From Macrostomum lignano (Eukaryota), in the NCBI GenBank assembly GCA_002269645.1, contig NIVC01002192.1, positions 62,001-126,000 of the forward strand: a stretch of DNA of 64,000 nt. The letters are read 5' to 3'. A program made the position numbers and the translations under genes. This document shows, one piece after another, positions 24,816 through 37,600 of the stretch. Positions within the stretch are counted from its first letter, which is position 1; each line of letters begins with the position of its first letter. The notes beneath the pieces are model-generated. The model was not told where the DNA came from. It made no database searches and saw only the letters and a list, made by a program, of their open reading frames with translations.

Positions 24816-27800
24816 ACCCCACCTGCCCCCTCTATCTCCCACTAGAGCCTGTACTGACCCCACCTGCCCCCTCTATCTCCCACTAGAGCCTGTACCTACC
24901 CCACATGCCCCCCTCTATCTCCCACTAGAGCCTGTACCTACCCCACCTGCCCCCCTCTATCTCCCACTAGAGCCTCTACTGACCCCACCTGCCCCCTCTA
25001 TCTCTCACTAGAGCCTGTACTGACCCCACCTGCCCCCTCTATCTCCCACTAGAGCCTCTACTGACCCCACCTGCCCCCTCTATCTCCCACTAGAGCCTCT
25101 ACTGACCCCACCTGCCCCCCTCTATCTCCCACTAGAGCCTGTACTGACCCCACCTGCCCATCTATCTCTCACTAGAGCCTGTACTGACCCCACCTGCCCC
25201 TTCTATCTCCAATTAGCCTGTACTGACCCCACCTGCCCCCTCTATCTCCCACTAGAGCCTCTACTGACCCCACCTGCCCCCCTCTATCTCCAATTAGCCT
25301 GTACTGACCCCACCTGCCCCCCTCTATCTCCAATTAGCCTGTACTGACTCCACCTGCGGCTCCAAGAGTCCCTCGCACTCCACAGGCCCAATCCGTAGCT
25401 GGGTTCGGCCAGCGCCAGAGCCATGCAGGCCCGCAGTTGCAAGCGGGCAAACGCAAAGGCAAGCCGAACTCTCAGACCCGAAGCCAATGCAAATCGCGAG
25501 TGTCCCTCCCAGTTCCCACAGTAACAGAGTCCAACCTGGGCAGGTGAGGGAAATTCGAGACGGCTGTGTTGAGAAAAAAGCAACAGCAGAAGACATCGCC
25601 ATCGACTTTGCCCGTCTCGGATTTCTCGGGGCGCAGAGCTGTGGGCATTGGGGAGAGTGGCGCAACCCCCAGCAATGCCCAGCTGGCGAATTAATTCAGA
25701 GCCCTTGGCCATTGTTTTCCAAATATCGCCCCCCCCTTAGCCAGCCAGCTCGTGAATTCTTGCTTTCCTCTTCAGTCATCGCCACTTCCCAGATCTGACG
25801 CAACCCCCCCCCCCCGCGCATCTGTCGGCGCAACCGGCAGGCACAATGGCTCAGGTTTCCGCGACAGCGCCTCTCCATTAGCGCGCAGGCCGGTCTCGGC
25901 TGAGGTCTTTGTCTGCGGTGCGGCACAAAGACATTTGTTTAAGCCCCGCCAGAGGGCCCTGCAGAGAGGATGAATTGGAAGAAATGAAATGAGAGGGGAT
26001 TTTTCTCCCATAGCTTGGTTCCCCAGCCTTAGAGTTCAGGGTTGCGTGCCAAGCAGACAAGCGCAAAGGGGAGCAGGAGGGAGATGGCGAGCCTGGCCAA
26101 AGAGAGGCTGGGGCCTCCCTTCCTCATCTACCCGAGCAGCAAGCCAGGCCGGCACGGTTCTGCTTGGGTGACTCAGAGGACTCAGAGAGTTGTTGGCAGC
26201 CTCTCCGCCCGCTCCCTGCTCGGTTGGGGGGGGGGCAGAGCCGAGAGAGGAAGCGAGGGGATTTCGCACGCAAAAATTGAGGCCCGCTCGGCAAAGGGAG
26301 AGAGGAAGGAGAGATGAGGCAGAGGCTGGGCTTTGAGAGCGGCGGGCTGGGCGGCTGGCCGCAGCCTCCCCCGGCAGCTCGCGATCGCAGAGGGCAGCAG
26401 CTGAGCACTCGGGCCGCGGCCCTCTGCCCCGCCGCTGCACTCGCAGCCTTCAGTGTGAGGCTGGAGGAGGCTGGCCGGGAGCAGGGAAAATCGATATCCG
26501 CGATCCCCGAGCGATCGCCGCCTCCGACTCGCTGCTCGCTGGGCCGGCAGCGGTTGCCGGGCAACTCAGCCTCCCCTGTCTGCAGCTGCAGCCTCCTTGG
26601 GGAAAAGGCGAAGCTGCCGCCCACCCCGCGCCCTCCGCTGCACCCCTCCGGCCTGCCTCCTTCGCACGCAGCTCCCACGAGCCGCTCGCCCGCACTGCAG
26701 CCCGGCTCCGGCAGGGGAAGCCGCTGCCGCTGCCGCTGCTCAGAGCAGCTCTCCGAATCCCGAATAGTTCGGGCCTGCCTTTGACAACCCCCCTTCCCCT
26801 TCTACTCTTGATTGCGGCTGCGGAGCCGCTGCAGAGCTGCTCAGACTCAGCTGGGCAGAAACAGGCAGAGGCTGGGGCGCAGATGCAGAGGGGAAGCTGA
26901 GGCAGCTGCACGGGGCAGCCGGCTTCTGCAGTGCTGGAACTTTTCTGCCGTCATCGGCGCAGCTGCCTAGTGAAGTTGATGAGGCGGACACGCGTGCAGC
27001 ATCCCCGCCTTATCATTGCTGCTCTCTAAGCCGCTCAACTCGCTCAGCTTCCCGCTGCTTTCCGCTGCCGTCTCCGAGCTGCTTTGTCTCTGACTTCACC
27101 TGACTTGTCCCGTGCTGTCCGCCCGGCCTGGCCGGGCCTGTCCGGTAATCAGCGGCCGAGTCCGATTCACTACGCCAGCATCCTGGCCTCATCAGCCACG
27201 CACAGATTCTCCCCCCTCCCTACGACTCGACTTCCTCTTTGACCGCCTCCCGGTCCAGGTAAATGGATAATTACCTGCCCGTCCCGTCCCGGGCGGCCCT
27301 GAGAGCCCCTGAGGGCGGCGGGCCAAAGAGCTGCTCGAGCTGCTGAATAGGGAAAGCAGGAGAGGCTGGACTGCTTCATCAAAACGGACCGGGAGAAGAC
27401 GAGTTTATAATCTTCTGGCCTCCCCTTGCTCTCAGCATCTCCGGGGCGGGGCTGCATGAACTCTCAATGGATCGGAAGGGCTTTCAAAATCGAGCAGTTT
27501 GCCTGAATGGCCGGCCGCCCGCAGGCGCCCCCAGATTCTTCATCATCGTCATCATCCCCACCCACGTCATCATTCCAACGAGTTGCAACTTGCTTGGGTG
27601 GCCCTAAAAAGGGCCGTTTTAGTTTTCAGAATTTAGCCTATTTTTTAGTCTTTGAATTTGTATTTTCTCACTGTCAAATGAAATAATTTTCACTACAGCT
27701 TACTGCAAGTAGGCGAGTAGAGCAAATATATTTGCTGGGAGTTGCCACACAGAGGCTGGGCTGCATCAGTCAAGTCCGCAAATTCTCGGCTGCAGCTGCC

Positions 27801-28849
27801 GGAGATTTTCCGCCCGGTGCACGCGGAGATGCGGCGGCGGCGGCGGCGGCGGCGAGGCTCTCGAGTTCGCCAGGATTTTCTCTTTCACCTGGGCGAGCAC
27901 CGAGCTTTTCTCTTTCACCTGGGCGAGCACCGAGCTTCATCAGCGGGAATGGGATTTCCACCTGGCCTCAGGATTAGCGGAGATTTTTATTCAGCGCCGG
28001 GAAATCGTGGCGAATATGGGAAAATATGGGGTGGGGAAGCGGAGCCGGGAACACGCCTTCTTGGGATAAATATCCCTGGAGAAGCTTGAGCAGGGACTCG
28101 GAGCGAGCAGCGGAAATGAGAAGGCCGCGCCCCGGTCCCCTGCTGAAAAAATCCTCTTTATATTTTTTGCGTGGCGAGTCACGAAGCCACCTGACTTGCT
28201 CAAGGGGAGAAAAGGAAGGCTAGGGATATCTGTATCAGATTGGGATCCGCGTCCCAAATACTTCGACAGCCGCAGCAGATCAAACAGCCAGGTTCGTGTC
28301 AAATCCCACTTTGATTCGGATCCCTGCAGCTGCCAGCCTCATCGCAGCCGTGCTCCGCCAGGGGGATTATTCTCCCCTAATATTGAAACAGCTGCATCTC
28401 TCCGGTTTTACTCGACTATGGATTAGCCACCGCATCTCCCACCCTCCCCCCGAGCCCCACCTCCCATGCAGTGAGGAGCCGCATGGATGAGGCCGGAGTC
28501 TGGAGCGCCTTGCTCAGCCGCTGACCTTCAGGCCGTGTTGAAATTCAAAGTTTAATGAATACAAGACAAGGTTTTCATTATATTTTCGTATCTCGCTACT
28601 TACTAGAGAATTTGAGTAGCAATTTAGGAACATTCGTTTTAGTCAGAACTCGCGTATTGGCGCCGAAAATTTGGCATTCAATTGTAGAGACAAAAAAAGA
28701 GAAACGCATGAGAAACAATAATGTGTGCACAATGTTCACTTACTGAACTGTTTATTGTGTAATCTGGAAGGCGGGGTTAAAGTGGGCTTTAGAGACAGTG
28801 ATGAAGTGAGACTATTTAGCGAGGTTGGAGTGCGATTAGAGTGACATTA

Positions 28850-29400
28850 GGGTGAGACTAGAATGAGATTCGAGTAAGATTCGAGTGAGAGTTGAGTGAG
28901 ACTAGAGTGAGGTTGGAATGAGAATAGAATGAGATGAGTGAGAATTACAGTAAGATTAAAGTGAGGTAGCAGTGTGTGATCGAGGATTAGAATGGGATTC
29001 GAACGAGATTAGACTGAGATTCGTGTGAGATTCAAGTAAGATTCGAGTGAGATTCGAGTGAGAATAGAGTGAGATTCGAGTGAGATTCGAGTAAGTTTTC
29101 GAGTGAGATTCAAGTAAGATTCGAGTGAGATTCGAGTGAGAATAGAGTGAGATTCGAGTGAGATTCGAGTAAGTTTTCGAGTGAGATTCGAGTGAGATTC
29201 GAGTGAGAATAGAGTGAGATTCGAGTGAGATTCGAGTAAGTTTTCGAGTGAGATTCGAGTGAGATTCGAGTGAGATTCGAGTAAGTTTTCGAGTGAGATT
29301 CGAGTGAGATTCGAGTGAGATTCGAGTGAGATTCGAGTGAGATTCGAGTGAGTTTCGAGTGAGATTCGAGTGAGGTTGGAGAAAGAATAGAATGAGATGA
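28850..29400. repeat. 10-bp tandem repeat (GATTCGAGTGA-like) between two copies of a ~40-bp direct repeat
   Basis: Direct periodicity; AGCAGTGTGTGATCGAGGATTAGAATGGGATT occurs near 28968 and 29441. Confidence 0.85.
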
Positions 29401-29680
29401 GAGTGAGAATTGCAGTAAGATTACGCTCGTAGAGTGAGATAGCAGTGTGTGATCGAGGATTAGAATGGGATTAAATTCCCTAACTCAACGTGCTGAAGTG
29501 AGCTCAGTAAACACTCGTAATGCAAACCAAAGGAGACTTGAGCAGATTCGATGGCGCAAGCGAGTGCAGCTGTATTTGTATCCGTGAGATGTTGACAATA
29601 TAAAAGGCTAAACGCGGTGCACAAAGGGAGCAGGAGAGAAAAAAGGTCAGTAGCCGAGCGGACGTCATCGCCCGATGGCT

Positions 29681-30103
29681 TCACGCCAGCAGCTGCAGGA
29701 ACTCAACGTAGTTGATGAGGCGCCGGCCGTCGCAGCCTCCGCAGTTCTCGGCGCCGACATCCCGCAGCTGGCGGCCCAGCTTGCGCGCGGCCGCGGCCGC
29801 CTCTTCGACGGTGAGGAGGCCGTCGGAGTCCGCGTCGGCGGCCCGAAATTCGGCCAGGCGGCCGAGGTCCGGCAGCGGCCGGCGCAGGTGGACGTCGGCG
29901 GCGGCCTCGAACTCGGCGAAGTCCACGCAGCCGCTGGCGTCGCTGTCCACCCGGCCGAGAATGCCGGCCACCTCAGCCTCCTTCAGGCGGCGCCCGTTGG
30001 CGCTGGCACCGAAAGCGCGCATCAGGGCGCCGAACTCGCGCAGGTCGAGGCTGCCGTTGCCGTCGACGTCGAAGGCGTTAAACAGGTCGCGGCTGCTGCT
30101 CAT
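29681..30103 (-). CDS. Intronless calmodulin-like EF-hand protein, 140 aa
   Basis: Three canonical loops (DVDGNGSLDLREF, DSDASGCVDFAEF, DADSDGLLTVEEA) and a degenerate fourth (..INYVEF). Confidence 0.88.
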   Translation of the reverse strand: MSSSRDLFNAFDVDGNGSLDLREFGALMRAFGASANGRRLKEAEVAGILGRVDSDASGCVDFAEFEAAADVHLRRPLPDLGRLAEFRAADADSDGLLTVEEAAAAARKLGRQLRDVGAENCGGCDGRRLINYVEFLQLLA

Positions 30104-30599
30104 GATGGCTGAAAACTGTCGTCGGGGCTCGGGGATCTCCTGGCTGCTGTCGCTCCTCTGGAGGTGGAAGTGGCCGACTTCGCCAGGCTTTTATGGAGGG
30201 CTGTCGGCCGCACGGCCCCGGGGGACCAGCGACGCGGCCGAGCCAATGCGGACTGGAGGCCAAAAATTGTCAAAGCATTCCTGAACTCTCAAAGTTTTGA
30301 ACGATCGCAGAAATTCGTGACAGGGAATGAGACCGGGCCGGCTGGCTTGGCCCGGACAATATTGACTCTCCGTGAGGCCTCGTATGAGCATGCTTCATCG
30401 CTTGGGAGGCTGGGTCTCGTAGCGGAGTTTTGAGAAGTGGCCGGATCTAGATCACGTCGAGGGTTTTAGGGACTTCAATAGTTTATTTTCTTAACCTCAG
30501 ATGTTCAAGTTCAAGGTTTTAAAGCAAGGAGTGCCGTGTAAAGAGTTAAGTGTCAGGGCCTCAGAGTCAATGGGTTAAAGTGCAAGGGTTCATGAGCAA

Positions 30600-30955
30600 G
30601 GACTCATGGTCTAACAGGGTCTAGGGTTCAGGGTCTAGGGTTCACAGGCAAGGGTTCAAGTTCCAGGGTTGGGTTCAGGGTCTAGGGTTGGGTTCAGTGT
30701 CTATGGTTCAGAGGCTGTGGTTCAGGGGCAAGGGTTCAGAGGCTGTGGTTCAGGGGCAAGGGTTCAGGGGTAAAGGTTCAGGGGCAAGGGTTCAGGGGCA
30801 ATGGTTCAGGGGCAATGGTTCAGGGGCAAAGGTTCAGGGGCAAGGGTTCAGGGGCAAGGGTTCAGGGGCAATGGTTCAGGGGCAAGGGTTCGGGGGCAAT
30901 GGTTCAGGGGCAATGGTTCAGGGGCAAGGGTTCAGGGGCAATGGTTCAGGGGCAA
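30600..30955. repeat. 13-bp tandem repeat (GGTTCAGGGGCAA)
   Basis: Direct periodicity. Confidence 0.85.
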
Positions 30956-31779
30956 AAGTGTCTCCGAGACCAAGCTGGAGTCCCACTGCATTGCGGCAGC
31001 ATACCGCCAGGCTCCGTGCTGTGATCAGGTCATAAAAATTGGATCGCGGATCAGGGAGGCTGCTGCTGGGCAGATCGATCTCGCTCTGATCGAAGTCTCC
31101 AAGTCATAAAAGGTTTGCACGCGAATTTTGACATCACGCTGGCTGAGGGGGGTGAAGCCCCCGGGGATCAAAGCGGTGTCGGGAAGGATCCGGCTAACGG
31201 GGCTGTCGCGATTCTGTCGGCGATACGGCCCGGGGCTCGAAAATTTCCCACCGAGCCTCGGTGTGGAGCTCCCAGAGCTGACAAGATCCGGGAGGCCGCG
31301 TGTTCCAAAACTGACGCCAAAGAAGATAAAAAGTGGAGCGCTAATGTCTGGCTAATGAATAATTCATGAGCAGCTTGTAGGGGCCGTTGCTATCATTTGC
31401 GATTAACGACAACTTTGGCCGATGCGAAAGTTCTTCTTTGAACTTCTTTGAAAGTTCAAGCAAGGAAATTCTCTGTAATTTAACGCGGAATTTCTTGAGA
31501 TAATAACTTGAGGGTATTACACTGCAATGCAACCAAGGTGAAGGGACGCCTTCGTAGGATTGACAGCGAGGACAACTTCTTGGCCTTGGCTCGGAGGCAG
31601 CTTAAATACTCAATAATTAGTCATCCGGAAACCAAAGACTTAGACAGTAATACTCAAGGATTAGGCGTTGGTCATCCAAGGCTTAGATGTGGACATCAAA
31701 AATTAGGCATGGACACCTTGGCTCTAAGGCCAAAGGGTTGGGTATGGACACCCAAGGATTAATAGACATGGATACCCAA

Positions 31780-32620
31780 GGATTAGACTTCAAGGATTAG
31801 ACAATGAACAAACAAGGATTAGACAATGAACACCCCAAGGATTAGCCAAAAAGACACCCAATGACTAGAAATGGACGCCCAAGGATTAGCCATGGACACC
31901 CAAGGATTAGCCAGTGGACACCCAAGGATTAGCCATGGACACTCAAGGATTAGCCAGTGGACACCCAAGGATTAGCCATGGACACTCAAGGATTAGCCAG
32001 TGGACACCCAAGGATTAGCCATGGACACTCAAGGATTAGCCAGTGGACACCCAAGGATTAGCCATGGACACTCAAGGATTAGCCAGTGGACACCCAAGGA
32101 TTAGCCATGGACACTCAAGGATTAGACACGGACAGCCCAAAGATTAGCCATGGACACTCAACTCAAGGATTAGACATGGACACCCAATGACTAGAAATGG
32201 AAACCCAAGGATTAGACATCGACGCCCAAGGATTAGCCAATGGACACCCAAGGATTAGCCAGTGGACACCCAAGGATTAGCCATGGACACTCAAGGATTA
32301 GCCAGTGGACACCCAAGGATTAGCCATGGACACTCAAGGATTAGCCAGTGGACACCCAAGGATTAGCCATGGACACTCAAGGATTAGCCAGTGGACACCC
32401 AAGGATTAGCCATGGACACTCAAGGATTAGCCAGTGGACACCCAAGGATTAGCCATGGACACTCAAGGATTAGACACGGACAGCCCAAAGATTAGCCATG
32501 GACACTCAACTCAAGGATTAGACATGGACACCCAATGACTAGAAATGGAAACCCAAGGATTAGACATCGACGCCCAAGGATTAGCCAATGGACACCCAAG
32601 GATTAGCCATGGACACTCAA
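31780..32620. repeat. 21/23-bp tandem repeat (GGACACCCAAGGATTAGCCA...) with a higher-order duplication
   Basis: Direct periodicity; the block near 32120-32230 recurs near 32465-32580. Confidence 0.9.
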
Positions 32621-33252
32621 TGATTAGGAGTGTGGACACCAAAGTATCAGGCATGGACACCAAAGGATGGGTCGCCCAGATAAGGATTAGGCAAGGACGC
32701 TGAATGACATCGCGGACACTCAATGGGTTAGGCATGGATTAGCCCAAGCATCAGACACCGCGGGAGTCGAGGCCACCCAAAGCTAAGGGAGAGCGCAGAC
32801 AGCCGTTGCAGGAATGAGAACAGCCAAAGAGCTCTCAGAAGACAAGCTAACGGTCAGAAAGCAATAACTTTATTTCACAAAATCCAGCAAGATTTCTGAT
32901 TCAAAAATTCTCAATCATAACTAGATCGATAATTTGTATTTAAAGTCAAATCAAAGAAGTTCATCTGACAAAGGGGGGCAGGCAAACCCGGAAGGCAAAC
33001 AAAAATGCGAGCAACCATCAGCGAGCACAAGCATATAAGGGGGAGGGTAAAATCTGACTGACATACGCGCAATGTACTGCTAACAGTAGGCTGTGTAGGG
33101 GATCTGCAAAGTAGCAAGTCGAATGAAGTGTGGGAATCTAACAGATACACCTGATAAGGAGGCTTGCTGATTCGAATTGGCTTGAACTGAATTGGGCATT
33201 GGAAAAAGCCCCAGTCAGTGCTTGTATTTTTAATAACACAACTCCCGCCAAC

Positions 33253-33713
33253 TCAAGAGATGGCCAGCTTCGGTTTCTTGGAATCCCTGGCGTCGCGCTT
33301 CTCTTCGCGCTTCTTCTTCTTCATGAGGCGGGCAGCTTCTTTGTCTTTGTAGCTCTTCAGTATTCTGTGCGTGATCAGGCCTGAGGACGGGGGCGGGTTG
33401 GAGATCTATGCGAGACATTTGAAGATTTGAAGATCCACTAAAAGATTCATCCATTGCATTTAGGTAGCTTAGCTCTGCTAGAAAAAAGATCTGCGATCTA
33501 TTTGATAAGATCTTGATAAGATAAGATTAGATTAGATAATAAGATCTTATGAAAGGCCACTGATCTATGATTTATAACAGCTGCATGCATGACGGAAAAC
33601 TAATCTTTGAAGTCGAACTCGTCAGTGGATGTGGAACAGTGCAGTGTAAGACTCAAGAACTCACCCATAACCAGAACCGGCACCAGAAAGGCCAGGTAAT
33701 AGTAGAATTCCAT
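33253..33713 (-). CDS. 58-aa single-pass membrane microprotein; exons 33713-33665 and 33380-33253
   Basis: G|GTGAGT donor and CCTCAG| acceptor give 177 nt in frame: MEFYYYLAFLVPVLVMGLITHRILKSYKDKEAARLMKKKKREEKRDARDSKKPKLAIS*. Hydrophobic helix plus Lys/Arg tail, resembling SMIM15-type proteins (family assignment unverified). Confidence 0.65.
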
Positions 33714-34673
33714 GCCTTTAAAGAGCGAAAAGAATTTGCGCGATCGATAGGCAAACCTCTAAGAAGGAAAATTATTTCTTTGCGACCTTCACTTTTTAAG
33801 TGAGAGATTTTCTCCAGTAGGGCTACAATAGGTAGGCTGCCGTTGTGTCTAAACACGCAATCACTTTACTTCTCTTAAAGGCGGGCGCAGCCACCCCAGT
33901 GTCGCAGACACGCACACCGTGACTCAGCAAACGCTGGAAACCCTTAGTTTAACAGTTCTACGCCAGCCAGCCAGCGGGACCCCCGCTGGGGGTGGGGGGG
34001 GGGTTGGCCGGCCCTGGGGGTTGGGGGAGGGTGCGGAGGCACGCACTTGATTTGCGATAAGGCCCAATACTAACGCGCTCTCTGGCCCATTCAACCAAGT
34101 GCCCCGCAATCCGCAATCAGTTCTGTTGTCTCTCTCAGCTGCGCCAACCCACAAGCGGAGGGGCTGTTGTCGTTCTTCCCCGCTTTTGGGACTGGGATAA
34201 TATTTATTGTCTTATATATTATATTACGAGCATATTAACTTGCCATAAGAATTGACTGTGAGAAGTTTGCTCAACAAGCGAGCAATTTTGTCAGCTATAT
34301 GTATTACTGTTAGTAGGCATATAAGATCAATTAAAATTTGATTCGAATCCATTATTTATAGCGAGTCCTCCTCCGATTAATTAAAACTAATTTATTGATT
34401 GATATCAATTTGTTTATTTGGATTAAAGCCTTGAAGGCTGAGTTTAAATTTATTTAATAAACAGTATTAGACGTGCGGAAATACTAAATATGAATAATAA
34501 AGTATTGCCTTTTGCAAATATAGCTAAAAGAAAAAATTAGCGATAAAAACGAACGTACGATAGAATTAATTAAATATGCAGGGTTAGGTTGCAGTTAATG
34601 ACTAGCCAATAGGGTTCGCAAACAATTTCCCTAGACAAAGTTCTGCCCACGACCCGATAAAGCAGGAGTTCGC

Positions 34674-37600
34674 TCAGTTTACGAAACAGCTGTTCTTCAG
34701 CACCAGCTCGGGGTTGCTGGTGTGGAAGCTGGCCAGCGGCAGCGCCTCCCCGTTGATGCTGAGCGACTTCAGGCAGCCAACGTAGTTGCCGGGCAGATAG
34801 TTCAGCCGGCTGGCTATGTCTGCGGGTGGAGAGGGTCAGAGGGTGCTTCATAGTGGGTCAGGTTAGGTCAGGGGAGTCAAGTGTCAAAAGAAGGTGGGTC
34901 AAAGCAGGTCAACAGCAGATTATAGCTCAATCAGCACTGCAGCTCACCGTTGGTTGGCAGGCCGCCAAGGAAGGGCGCGCAGTCGAAGCCCTTCAGCTGC
35001 TGCGGCAGCGCGCCGATCACCGACAGCCGGTCGTCCACCCACACGCGCACCCGGCGGAAGTCCACTTCGGCTGCGGGATGGAAGGCCGGAAACTATGCAA
35101 TGCCAAGCCTCATCGCATCATCCTAGCATCACCAGCGTCACCGCGTCATCCCCAGCCTCACCGCATCATCCCCAGCCTCACCGCCTCATCCAAACCTTAC
35201 TGCCTAATTTCCAGGCTCACTGCCTCATCAACAGTGCCTACTCACCAACAACTGTGTGCCAGTCTCCGTCGCACAACAGGAAGGAGCTAGGCATGGCCGC
35301 GCGGACCTCGTTCAGCACGTTGCCGTCCTCCTGGACGCTGATGACAATGTCGCCGTCCCGGAGGTGCACAGTCAGCGCTCGCTGGACATCAGACGTGCTG
35401 TCGAGCAGGCCGAGCACCGTGCCGGTGGACAGGCGCGGCTTCAGCATCAGCCTGACTCGGGTGCGGGGCTGCACGCTGACCTTGGCTGCAGGAGGAAAGG
35501 GGTAGTTGCTTGGATGCTGGAGTGATGAGAGGACTTTTGGAGATGCTGGAGAGTGATGGGAACTGTCAGAGATGCTGGAGAGTGATGGGGACTATCATAT
35601 GCCCGTCCCTAATGCTTCTCAAACTGCCAGACTCAAATGCAGGGATACCCTGGGGCTTACAGATGCTGTAGAGGCTCCTCGCGATGTCTGAAGCCTGGAA
35701 ACCGACGCCTTCTTCGATATCCTCGCTGCAGGAGCTGGTGTTCACCTGCACGCTCGCCTTCTGCTTAATCTGCCGGCCGGCTTCGTTCAGGAAGGCGACA
35801 TCCCGGATGCAGCCGGAGAACGTTTGGAGATCCTGCGGATTGGACAACCTCCGTTCATGCTCAGATAGTCATAGTTTACAACTAGTATTCTATTGGAATC
35901 TCACCTTAGCTACAGGGTCTCACACTGGAATCTCACCTTAGCTACAGGGTCTCACACTGGAATCTCACCTTAGCTACAGGGTCTCACACTGGAATCTCAC
36001 CTTAGCTACAGGGTCTCACACTGGAATCTCACCTTAGCTACAGGGTCTCACACTGGAATCTCACCTTAGCTACAGGGTCTCACACTGGAATCTCACCTTA
36101 GCTACAGGGTCTCACACTGGAATCTCACCTTAGCTACAGGGTCTCACACTGGAATCTCACCTTAGCTACAGGGTCTCACACTGGAATCTCACCTTAGCTA
36201 CAGGGTCTCACACTGGAATCTCACCTTAGCTACAGGGTCTCACACTGGAATCTCACCTTGGCGATGGAGTCCCGCCTGTTAGCCAGCAAGTCGCTCGGCA
36301 GGCCGCCCAGGGTGACCCGGAAGTAATTTGGGATGACGCTGTAGAAGCTGCTGGTGATGCTGCAGTTCATCGTCTGGTTGTCGACGCTGATGCCGCCCAG
36401 CGCGCTGCTGAACTCCAGCCGGTGCCAGCGGCCGTCTCCGAAGTCTCGGCCGCTGCGACAGTAGGACTTCTGGATATCGTTGTACACGAACAGGCGGCCG
36501 CCGTGCAGGAACAGGATCAGGTTGTCCATGAGGTTGTCGAAGTTCAGCAGCACGCCGACGCCGCTGGTTGCCCGGAAGCTGAACCGGAAGCTGGCGAAGC
36601 TACTGGACGGCTCGCCAAGGCGGGTGAAGCCCCGAGGGCTGAGCGGTACAGCACCGCGCCAGCGAAGTTGCGCCTCGCCGGCAGCCTGCCGCGGCCGCAG
36701 CCGTCCAGCACACGAACGTCGCCGCCGGTGCCGGCGCCTCCAACATGGCCGTCGGCGTCAGCTGAGCCGCAGGATTCGAACTGCACCGCCGAGCCGCCGG
36801 CGACAACTCGCAGCAGCGAGCGAAGGTGAATGAGCCTGGAGTTGGCGGCGAGCTGGACGTTGAGTGCGAGTAACTTGAGTAGGTCCCTAGTAACTCGATT
36901 AGGTCCCTATAAACTCGAGTAGGTACCTAGTAACTCGAGTAGGCACCTAGTAACTCGAGTAGGTACCTAGTAACTCGAGTAGGTCCCTAGTAACTTAAGC
37001 AGATCCCTAGTAACTAGAGTAGATCCTTAGTAACTCGAGTAGGTCCGTAGTAACTCGAGTAACTCCCTAGTAACTAATTGCAGCGAATTCAATCCGAGCT
37101 CACGTGTCGCCAACCACCAGGTCCTTTACGCAGCCCTGGAAGCCTCCGCCCAGCTGCAGGCTCTGCAGGTTGATGTTCCGGCTGATCATGCGGTTCCGCC
37201 GGATGCCGTTCAGCTCCAGGCTGACCCTGGGGGCGAATTTTTCAGAATATTAAATTCGGAAAGAAACAAAATTCTGAGCTGGCACCAGCCTACTCGTAGT
37301 AATGGCAGCAGTTTTTTTAAATTCAGACTTACTCGCCCGGGCTGAACCGGAAGATCAGATTGTAAAACTTGGACTCGCTCATGCCGATGAACTGGCTGAG
37401 GACGTCCTGCACCACCTTGTCGTTGTTGATGTACTCTTGGCCGAGGGACAGGATGCCGTTGTGGAAGAACACCGTCAGGTTCTTGCGCTGGGAGTCTGCG
37501 GAGTGGGTTGGCTGGCCAGCTTTGGAACTGTGCGGTCTATTTATGATGCAAGACAAGCCATCTGGGGTGATCGAGTGAAAAGTACACCAAGCATCACAGG

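Larger units (their letters stand above)
22750..25350. repeat. 36/41-bp minisatellite (ACCCCACCTGCCCCCTCTATCTCCCACTAG+tail) interrupted by a transposon at 23212-24815
   Basis: The same core unit is present on both sides of the insertion. Confidence 0.9.

Noticed and set aside
30600-30955. Interstitial telomere
   Set aside because: Units are GGTTCAGGGGCAA or CTAGGG variants, not TTAGGG runs.
30950-31762. Short ORFs between repeats (31115-31369, 31508-31762)
   Set aside because: No recognisable homology or consistent splice pattern, so they could not be supported.
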